DNA of 52,231 nucleotides from a virus (Duplodnaviria; Caudoviricetes): IMG/VR virus record IMGVR_UViG_3300033182_000152, positions 1 to 52,231 of that record; one strand, 5' to 3'. Shown piece by piece: positions 29,323 to 39,000 of this stretch (position 1 is its first letter; each line of letters starts with the position of its first letter). The notes under the pieces were generated by a model. It saw only the letters and a program-made list of their open reading frames with translations, ran no database searches and was not told where the DNA came from. The position numbers and the translations under genes were made by a program.

Positions 29323-30493
29323 TGACGATTTTCAAGGCATCGTCGTTCCATTGCTCGTTGCTATCAATATATGGATTGAATAGATCAAGTACATCTAGAG
29401 GCATCAAACACTCATGCATATTCATAGCGTCTTGTGCTTGGAAAATTAATCTACTAGCACACGCAACAGAGTATTTACAGTCAGCACAATCCTTAACAGT
29501 GGAAGACTTTGCCAAGCCTTTTGCTATTAGTTGATCCCTCTTCGCTAAGATTTCTTCAAAACTTAAACCTGTTACCTCTAATTCATCGTGTTGTGTAAAG
29601 AATGCTTGTTCGTGTAACATAACATTTAAGAATACACGAGGTGAATCAATACCAGGAGTAATAGTTAGCCCTATGAAGTTCATTGAGTTACAATATAAGT
29701 TAGCCATACTCATTGTAACTTTATCAAAGTTGTCTTGACCAACAACTTCGCTTAAAAACTTATTCCACGAAACAAGATTGCGTCTTTGCATAAGAGCGTT
29801 TGGTGCTCTCGAAAACGCAGGATTCATTTCTAAAATAGTTTCGTATTCATCTACTACTTTATCAAGTAATTTATTGTAAGTTTCTTTATTCAAACGTTTT
29901 TGCATTACATTACTTGCTTGTAATGTCCAACTCCAGTCAACTTCTTTTGGAGTTTCTTTATCAAAAAATTCTAATTTTGCTTTTATGTCGTTGAAATAAT
30001 CTTCATCATTTATAATACGATCAATGTCACCAATAGGCATAATAAATTCAATGATCATTTCATCTCTATACTTTGATGGATCATCTAGTATAGCAAACAC
30101 ATCACGCAGTTTTTCCATAGACACATCGTCAATTTTACTCGGAGTAGCGATACGTGCTTTAGTATGCTCGCGCATAATATTTTGAATAATAGGATTATTT
30201 AGAACATTTTCAGTATTTGCTGCGGAAAATAAATCAGTTGGGCCAATAACAAATTCACGTAAGTTAAGTCCTGTACGTTTTACGCCGTCTGCTAGTTCTT
30301 GAGCAGTTTCTAACATACTGTTCATTGTAGCAACATCTTGGTTTTTGTTTACAAAACACCCTACACAACCATGATTACAACCTGTGAGGCCTTCAAAGTT
30401 AATCAACACATCAAATTTTTGTGCTTTACTCGGTGGCAAACTTTCAGGTCCACTGTACCTCATTTGTTTGCAATATGATTGTTGCATTGTCAT
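29312..30493 (-). CDS. Atypical radical SAM-like protein (GPTD family) 9
   Basis: LTGCNHGCVGCF, IGPTDLF, CADCKYSVAC...C. Confidence 0.75.
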   Translation of the reverse strand: MTMQQSYCKQMRYSGPESLPPSKAQKFDVLINFEGLTGCNHGCVGCFVNKNQDVATMNSMLETAQELADGVKRTGLNLREFVIGPTDLFSAANTENVLNNPIIQNIMREHTKARIATPSKIDDVSMEKLRDVFAILDDPSKYRDEMIIEFIMPIGDIDRIINDEDYFNDIKAKLEFFDKETPKEVDWSWTLQASNVMQKRLNKETYNKLLDKVVDEYETILEMNPAFSRAPNALMQRRNLVSWNKFLSEVVGQDNFDKVTMSMANLYCNSMNFIGLTITPGIDSPRVFLNVMLHEQAFFTQHDELEVTGLSFEEILAKRDQLIAKGLAKSSTVKDCADCKYSVACASRLIFQAQDAMNMHECLMPLDVLDLFNPYIDSNEQWNDDALKIVNAS

Positions 30494-31212
30494 TCTGTTA
30501 CTTCCTCAGTATCTTCGTTTTCAAAAAGTTCTAAAATATTGCCAGCAACACCATAACGTAACAACGTGTTATATAAATCGTTTCCTTGATACTTACTAGC
30601 ATCGTTGAATATACGTGTATTCAATTGTTTAGTAGGCCAAGGTCCTAACTTATTTCCTAACAAGTAAAGAATGTCAGGTGCATATGTTGCAATATATACA
30701 ATATTTAGTCCAACACTTGTATCAACATCAGTATGTTCTAAGTCGGTTAGGTAATCGTCGTATTTTTTGTTATACTTGTTTGCTTGTTCTAAGCAAAATA
30801 AAGGTATATGACTTAATTTATCAATCAAATCGTTAATAAGCTCGCCGTGTTCTTTTAGGTAAGCATCAATCTCTTCGTCAGTCCATAACGTGTTTAGTGC
30901 GTGATCAACATTATTATATTCTTGTTGATATTTGCGTTTAACTATTAACGCAATTATTCTTGACAACATAGGACAATCTACTAAAAAGTTAGTTTGAATG
31001 TACTCGTTTACAAGATCAGCGTCCATTGATTCGAACTGAACTTTAAAATTAGTATTACTAATGTATACTAAAATATGTTTTACACTAAGAACTTCTTTAC
31101 TTTTTTCGTAATTTACACGTAATGTAAAATCGTCCTGGTCTGCTTTTATTTTGTAGATCTCAGCAAGATCTACAGGGTTTAACGGAAGTGTATAACTATT
31201 TTCACTTATCAT
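30490..31212 (-). CDS. Hypothetical protein of the rSAM cluster
   Basis: 240-aa ORF with an ATGA overlap to the next rSAM gene. Confidence 0.7.
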   Translation of the reverse strand: MISENSYTLPLNPVDLAEIYKIKADQDDFTLRVNYEKSKEVLSVKHILVYISNTNFKVQFESMDADLVNEYIQTNFLVDCPMLSRIIALIVKRKYQQEYNNVDHALNTLWTDEEIDAYLKEHGELINDLIDKLSHIPLFCLEQANKYNKKYDDYLTDLEHTDVDTSVGLNIVYIATYAPDILYLLGNKLGPWPTKQLNTRIFNDASKYQGNDLYNTLLRYGVAGNILELFENEDTEEVTE

Positions 31213-31214
31213 GT

Positions 31215-32273
31215 TTACTCCGATACTAGTGGCGCAACATTGAATAACAAATAAGGAATTCTACTTTTACGTTTGTAGAAGAATTCTACTTCTTTCCATA
31301 CATTTGATAATTCTTTGTTTGTTGCGAAGTTAAATCCGCCCTCTGCTACTTTTATAATTACTGGAATTGTTCTCGCAAACTCGTTGTATACATCTTCGTA
31401 TTCCCAATCTTTGTGATTGTTGATAATAGACATAAGTTCTGCGTTATTGCCCACTTCATCCCAGAAATCTCTTAATACATATAATGCTTGCATTCTGTTT
31501 TTATTTTGGAATGTATCTTTTACAAACTGTACTTTGTCCCAATTATTGTTATCCTGTGAATGCATCCAATCAATAATGTTATTAATAACACTAATATAAC
31601 CAATTTTAGTTTGAAGCATACTAATAACTTCAAAAATCATCTTTTCACTGTGTACAGTAAACTTTTCACGTAGATGATTTTGTGTTACAGCATTAATTTC
31701 AGCGTATGTTTCGTCTTGGTTGTATCTATCATTAATGAAGAATAGAATATCATAACCCCAATGCTTACTATTTGGAGTTCCCATATCATGCCATTCATTC
31801 TTAGCAAATACTGACTCTACACGAGCATCAACATCATCTAATGTAAAATGCGTATATGTAGCATATTCAATATCACGTTTAAAAACTAATTTTAAGAAAT
31901 CTTTTACAATTTGTTTTACATCACCGCTTGTTGTAGTTTTTAACAATGAAGCAATATACTTTGCATACACGTCGATAATATCAAACGCATCGTCAAACAA
32001 TAAAAATTCTTTATCGTTATTAGACAAATATTCCCAAGTATTAATTTCATTTGTGTTAGTAAATGTAATCATATCTGGATTAGCATTTGGATAATCTGTA
32101 AGTAGTGTATCAATATAAGACTGTTGTACTTGCGAGTGTCCTTCTGGCGCTACAAGAACTAATGATCTTGATTGATCTCCGCTCCACGGACTTTCTGCTA
32201 AAGCAGTTACCATAGAGCTAGATTTCCCTAAATATTTTTTGTTGTTTATATAATAAAAACTTTCACCTATCAT
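31215..32273 (-). CDS. Hypothetical protein of the rSAM cluster
   Basis: Start reassigned to MIGESF at 32273 (ATGA overlap with the upstream stop, SD AGGGG). Confidence 0.7.
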   Translation of the reverse strand: MIGESFYYINNKKYLGKSSSMVTALAESPWSGDQSRSLVLVAPEGHSQVQQSYIDTLLTDYPNANPDMITFTNTNEINTWEYLSNNDKEFLLFDDAFDIIDVYAKYIASLLKTTTSGDVKQIVKDFLKLVFKRDIEYATYTHFTLDDVDARVESVFAKNEWHDMGTPNSKHWGYDILFFINDRYNQDETYAEINAVTQNHLREKFTVHSEKMIFEVISMLQTKIGYISVINNIIDWMHSQDNNNWDKVQFVKDTFQNKNRMQALYVLRDFWDEVGNNAELMSIINNHKDWEYEDVYNEFARTIPVIIKVAEGGFNFATNKELSNVWKEVEFFYKRKSRIPYLLFNVAPLVSE

Positions 32274-32653
32274 CTTCTTCCCCTTGATCCATGGCAACTA
32301 TAATGGCAACTTGAATGGCAAATACGCCAATCAAACGAACTGTTTGTTAATCTTCCTTCAATAGCATTTACAGTACGTGATATACAGTTTGTTGCGAAGT
32401 TTTGTACATCAGTAGCTCTTGCTATAATATTATCACCTACGTTGTTTGGTAAATCTCCTGTACTATAAACATTACTAGGAGCGTTTACATATTCATAACG
32501 TCTATTACCGTATGCTCTTGCTTGCCCCCATCCACCAGAGTTAGCATAATAACATTGCGCATTAAAGTTAATAGTTTTATCAAAAGTACGTATTTTAGTA
32601 TAAGCACTGTTAATGTAGCGAGATTCTAATGAACCGTGACTTAAACCTGCCAT
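32270..32653 (-). CDS. Putative rSAM substrate / precursor B (C-terminal CHSSCHYSCHGSRGRR)
   Basis: 127 aa, paralogue of the adjacent ORF, with a Cys/His/Ser-repeat C-terminus at the head of the rSAM arm. Confidence 0.7.
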   Translation of the reverse strand: MAGLSHGSLESRYINSAYTKIRTFDKTINFNAQCYYANSGGWGQARAYGNRRYEYVNAPSNVYSTGDLPNNVGDNIIARATDVQNFATNCISRTVNAIEGRLTNSSFDWRICHSSCHYSCHGSRGRR

Positions 32654-33027
32654 TATCTTCTCCCTCTACTACCGTGACAACTATAGTGACAACTTGCGTG
32701 ACAAATTCTAAAATCAAAATACTGGTCAGTTAGTCGTCCTTCAATTAGATCACACGTTCTTTGAATAGCGTTTAATGCTTGATCAACTAAGTGTGTTGCG
32801 TCAATTAGTGTTGTGTTTGGGTAAACTTGGCTGTTATAGACCTGGTTACTAGCATTTACATACTCGTAACGTCTATTACCATAAGCAGTGCCTTGGTTAT
32901 ATCCGCCATAGTTTTGATTTAAGTAAACTGTTGCTGAAACATTTACTGTTTTATCAAAACCTCTTAACTGTGCTCCAGCATTACCACGAAAGTAATCTCT
33001 AGCCGAAGCTCGAGTCATATTACCCAT
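32653..33027 (-). CDS. Putative rSAM substrate / precursor A (C-terminal CHASCHYSCHGSRGRR)
   Basis: 124 aa. Shares FDKT.N, AYGNRRYEYVNA and IEGRLT..FD.RICH with B. Starts 3 nt after the fibre stop. Confidence 0.7.
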   Translation of the reverse strand: MGNMTRASARDYFRGNAGAQLRGFDKTVNVSATVYLNQNYGGYNQGTAYGNRRYEYVNASNQVYNSQVYPNTTLIDATHLVDQALNAIQRTCDLIEGRLTDQYFDFRICHASCHYSCHGSRGRR

Positions 33028-33030
33028 TGT

Positions 33031-36000
33031 TTACACCTTCACCTCTACAGTACCTTCTCCATCACAATCACTAATTGCTGTACCAATTAGTAATGTGTAT
33101 TCTTCAATAGTACTTAGTGTATCTACAGCACGACCTTTACCGTCCTGATTAGCAATAATGTATTGTCCTTTCTTAGCAGTTCCGTTAATCAAACAAGGAA
33201 CACGACCTTTTAGTGCCACAAATGGCCACATAGGATCATCTCTGTTCTCGTCTGTTTGGTTCATCATTAAGCCTGGTAATGTTGAAACAACGCCTGCTAG
33301 TTTCATACCTGGCTCGTAACGTGTAACTTCTTTGTCGCCGCCAATAGCAAGAACTGTACCATGCTCATAGACTGTATCTGCTTCATATTTCTCTGCCAAG
33401 TCAGCCCAGTTAGCACTTGCCGCTGTACCTTGGTAAACACCTGAGTTATCAACGTATGATACGTCTGTACCATCTCGTCTAAACTGACAAACTCTGTTAG
33501 AGTTAGCACCCGCCGCAATGTAGAATCTGTTAGAGTGATATTCAATTTTACCAACGTCATTACCTGGGTTACCAGTCCATGATTCGTTTGAGTTTTCGTA
33601 GAATCTAATACCTGGTGATACGCCATCATTGTTGTATGAACGTAGTGCCCAGTTGCCATCTTCGTTTAAGAAGCCTTGCGAATCATTGTCAGCATATAGT
33701 CTACCGTAAATAGTGTTTGAACTGTTACATAGTGTAACCTCACATGATCCACTGCTAGCAGATCTCATATGCATTCTGTTACTTGCTTGTGGATAAATGT
33801 GCCAACCTGCGTATGAACCTGCTTGCCAGTAAATACCTGAATTACTTTCAATACGTAACCAGTTGTTCAAGTACAATTCACCGTTTACATCAACACCATT
33901 AGATCTTGTATTAATCTTGTTACTGTTGTTGTAACGCATTTCTGTTGAGCCACCGTGTACTGCGTAGAATAACCAGTGGTTGTTTACATCGTTGTAAATA
34001 CCAGTACTACTTCCTCCGTCATGCATAAACACAGCACGACCGTCAATACTAAAGCCTTCCCAGTTACCTGCGCCACTACCGTTAATTTGAATTGAACCAT
34101 AGTTACCACTTGGTTGTGACAAGTAACGTGTAGTTTGTCCACCTACAGCAACAACATTGCCTACACACAAGTTACCGTTTGTAGTAAGTGACATAGCACC
34201 TGCTGCTACACCATCGTCTGTATCACGCCATTTCCAGCCACGATCACTTTCGTTGTTCATTGTAAATGTCATGGCCCAGTCATTCAACCAACCATGTGTT
34301 TGTCCTGACGCCATACCAATAGTATAAGAACTACTGCCGTATACTCTTAGTTTATCATAATTACTACTACTGTAACCGTCAATAAACCCAATGTTGTAAC
34401 GTGTACTGTTGCTAAATCTATCTGGGAATGTACCAGCATTAATATTACTTGCGTTACGATAGAATGAACCTTCTTGACCGTCTAACAAGTCAGCGTCTAG
34501 TCCGCTGCTACTACCATCGTTACCAGCGTGCCATACTCTATGTGCTACAGCACCACGTGACCAACCACCCATTGCTAAGTCGTTTGTAGTACCATCTAAA
34601 CCAAAGTGTACAGCGTAGTCACCACCAATGTGGAATGTCATAAACGCATCGTATGAGTTAGCACCGTTGCCTTGGTAACATTGTAGTGTATTAACTTCGC
34701 CAGTATTTTGAATAGTTGTTGCCGGGCCACTAATCTTAAATACACCACCACTAAACGCAGCACCCGTATCAACACGTAGGAAACTTGAAGCGTGTAAGCC
34801 ATCAAGTAAGTCTGCGTTCAATCCTGAACCTTCGCCGTCATTTGAAGCAGTCCAAATAGCACCACCGTTAATGTAACCAGTTGTAGCATTGAAACTTCCG
34901 TTTACATCTAAGTTATAAGTACCGCCTGGATCTTTGTTAATACCAACTTTACCGTCGCCTCGTACACTGAAACAAATATTACCATTTGTTTGTGATACGT
35001 CATTGTTAACACGTAAGAATGTTGTAGCAGCACTGTTATTAGAGTTACTATCAAGTCTAATGTTTACATTATGGTATGAGTTAATACTTAAATCGTCGCT
35101 TGCGATCCAACTTTCTGAACGTGAACTAATACCGTGATTTGTATAGCCACCTAATGAACCATAGTTGCCATCCCAGTCAAAACTAATAGCGTGTACTTTA
35201 GCAATTTGACCTGTTGTACCACCTGACGAAATAAATCTTCTATTACTGTCAATAGTTTCAACACCGTTTACGTTGTAACTGTTACCATTTACAGCACCCG
35301 TTAGTGATAAGTCTGCTGCTGATAACTGTCCGCCAACATACAAGTTTTTACTAAAACTGCCGCCACCGTCTACACGTAAAGCACCAGTTGTAGTACTTGT
35401 TGCTTGGTCAGCGGAGTTAACGTGTAAGTATCCTGAAGCAGCACCGATATCAATTGCTGTTGCTGCGCCACCAATGTTAAGTGTAGTAACAGTATCATTT
35501 AGTAGATCAAATGCTGCTTGGTTAGTACCTAAACTTGATGCTTGTGTAATAACATTTTTGTTTAATCTAATAGCATCGCCTGAGAAACTAGCAACTAGTT
35601 CTTGGTTTTGAATACCACTGCCTGAACCAATTGAATTTGAACCATAAATTTCAACAGCAGCACCTGCGCCAGAACCTGTACCACTTCCTGGTTTAAGTTC
35701 TAATACAGAACCATTAATATTAAACTGTCCTGTAATAGGTCCTTTAACACCTAACGTAGCAATTTGCTGTGAGTTTTGTGAACTACGTCCTAAGTATACA
35801 CTTGGAGTATGATCTGTTACGCCGCCAATTTCAACTCTATCAACTTGTGTTCTTAACGCACTACCAGAAGTTCCTGCTGAACTTGTTCTAACATAAACTC
35901 TACCTGGATCACCGTTACCAGTTGAGCCACCGCCTGTTATTGTTAAGTCAGGACCGTTTTTGTTTGTACCTAATCCGTTTGGTGCTTTAATTGTAGCATT

Positions 36001-39000
36001 TGCTGGTTGCGTTTCTGTGTCGTCGCCGCCAACTACAAGTGTTGTATTTCTAACACGCATTGTACCTGATTTATCAGCACCAATAGTAACACTAGTTGCT
36101 GCTCTACCAATACTTAATGCTGTAACAGTATTGTCATATACTGTAGCACTTGTTTTAGTAGTTTTAATATCGCCGCCGTCAACGTTTAAGTCACCGTCAA
36201 TTTGTAAGTTACCTAAACTATCAAGTACCATACGCTCTTGGAGGAAGCCTGCTGCCATAGTACCAAACTTAAGGCTAAAGTCTTCTGAACCAAATGTTAC
36301 GTCTGTAGCAACAGCATCAATAACAGCACCAGTTTCTCTGTTGTTATTAGCAGTTTCAACTTGGAACTGCATACCAACACCAATGCCTACTGCCGGAGTG
36401 TTAGTAACTTCGTGACGTATTTCTAGTGGTCTTGCTACACCTGTGTTGTTAGTATCTTCAGTAAACGGAGCAACGTCATTTGACCATGCTGGGTTTCCTA
36501 ATTGGTCAACAACCATAACAGCACCCTGTGAGCCAATTGGTAATCTGTTAAGTGTAGTAGGTGATGTAGCATAAATCATGTCACCGGCAATATACTGGTC
36601 AAGTGCTGTACCACCTCTGTTTACTGGAACAGGGTTTAGTAAGTTACCTGGTTCTAAGAAGTATTGACTATCAAGTCCGTCTAGTGTACCTGCGTCAAGT
36701 ACGCCTGCTTTTAATTCAACTTCACCTGCGTTAACATTAAACTGTGCTTTACTAAATGCCGCAACACCTAAGTTAGTGAAACTTTGATTACCTAGTGTAT
36801 CATCAGTTCTATCAATATCAAATTGTGTGTTTGCGTAGTAATAGTTTTGGCCGCCACTTGTGTAGAAGTCACCAGTAATGTTTAGTGGTGAGTTAAGTGC
36901 TATACGTGCTGTACGTACAGCGTAATCCCAACTACTATCACCTTTTAAGTATGTCTTATCGTTAGCAGATCCAACTGCTGCTAATCTTGAAGTACTAATT
37001 ACACCTGATACAATGTTACTCGCATCTACGTTAGCACTACCGGTTAGTGCCCAGTTGCTATCTAACTTACTTGAAGTGTTTACAGAATCATAAATTGTAA
37101 TATTTTGTTTTACAAAGTCTGCTGAGCCACTACCTGTTTGAACAAAGTTAATATTATTCTGTGTTAAACCGTTTACACTTTCAACAGCGTCTTGCTGTAC
37201 TTCATGAACAGTAAATCCGTTAGCAGTAACACTACCAACAAAGTAGTAGTTTCCACTTACCATTCCTGTTGGCGGGTTAGTACTTACAAAACGGAATGCT
37301 TGACCAGTTGTGTAACCATGTGACGGAGCATAAATTCTGTCTTTACGTGTGTCAACGTGTTTAATAATTAATGCGTGTGTACCAGTTGAACTAGTTGTAA
37401 ACGATACTTTAGTACCTGGATCTAAATCATATCTATTGTAAAGTTCGATAGTATTAGCGTCTAGTACTTTTACAAAATAACTTTCACCTTGTAATAAACC
37501 ACCAATTGGAGTATTTGGTGAACTTGCGTAGTTTACAATATCGCCATCGTCAAATATGTGTGCGTTAATAGTAATTCTTGAATTCGCATAATCAACATTA
37601 CCACCGTTTGGAACAGTGTCAGCGTTAAATGCTGTTAATGTAGTATTACCAATTGCTACACTTGTAATAGTAGCATTAGAATCTTCAATGTAGTCATTGT
37701 TAGTTGTTGATACAGTAAACTTACCTTCAATTAGGTCAATATACAATCTGTTTTCTACGCCGTTTGCTGCGATTTGGAAAGCAGTAGTTGAACTTCCGCC
37801 TAAATTACTTGTTGCTGCTGTAAGGATATCACCTGTTTGATAACCTGTACCACCTCGTGTAAGGTCAACGTTTGATACAATACCGTTAGTAACAGTAATA
37901 TCAGCAATAGCACCTGTACCAACACCTGTGTTAGCAACCATTGGAACATTTTCGTATGTTTGTGTACCTGATACTGGTACATAACCTTGACCGCCACTAA
38001 TATTACCATTGTCTACTGCTATAAGTACACCTTCTGTTTGACTTGTAATAGTACCCTGTGTTTTAGCACCAGCAGCAGTAATTGTAACTCCGTTTGTAAA
38101 CGAAGCACCACTTGGACTATATTTTAAGTACTCACTAGTAGAGTCAGAAACTAGTGTATATTGTACTTCTCTTGTTTCTGTACTACCTGTGTTAGTAATA
38201 TAAGTTGTTGTATTACCGCCATTTACAACTAGTGTATTAGCACTAATATTGTTACTAAATGTACCTGTAATGTTTGTAAGGTAAACTGTTGCTGCTCCGC
38301 CGTTATCTTCATCAACAATAGCAGTTGCGCCAGTGTTTGCTTCGACAACAACATCATCAGCACTTAATGTAGTAGGAGCACTTAATGTAAAGAATATTCT
38401 TGGATATTTCTCAGACGCAATGTCACCTTGAAGTGGTTGTTGTGCCGGAATATCATCTGTTAAATCAAGTCTTCCATATTTTAGATCTGAGTTAAACAAA
38501 CTAAAGTTACGTGTAGCAGGAATAATATCTGCGTTCAACAAGCCTTGTGCGTTCATCTGTGGAACAGCGCCGCCTAGTGAGTTAGTAGATACGTTCTTGT
38601 CTAAGAAGTCGCCTAGTCTGTTCGCCATGAAACTACGTTGTGCTAACTGTGTAGTCAAACGTGTATCTGTGGCACCACCCGGTTCGTTGTCACCTAATCC
38701 TGGGTCAGTTGAAATCGCTTCAATAACAACATCCGAAACTGCTAGTTTCAATGCTGAAAGTTCACCAACTGTAACTGTGTTTTTAAATGTAATGTTACCA
38801 GTTCTGTTTTCAGCAACAATGAAGTCACCAACTTTAAAGTCACCTAGTTCGTTAGTACCTGATGAGTAAACTCGTCCTGGTAAGTCACTGAACTGTTCGT
38901 ATTCCTCTCTTGTAATACCGCCGTTCTGTGGTAGAGCGTTATAGTCTGTACCTGAACCTGCGTATTCCCAAGTGTGAGCAGATGAGTTAACAATACTTGG

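Noticed and set aside
20474-30493. rSAMs as queuosine/7-deazaguanine, NrdG, MoaA or anaerobic sulfatase maturase genes
   Set aside because: No QueC/QueD/FolE/DpdA, NrdD, Moa or sulfatase partner is in the window. C-terminal Cys clusters and adjacent Cys/His-rich small proteins favour peptide substrates, though this is not formally excluded.
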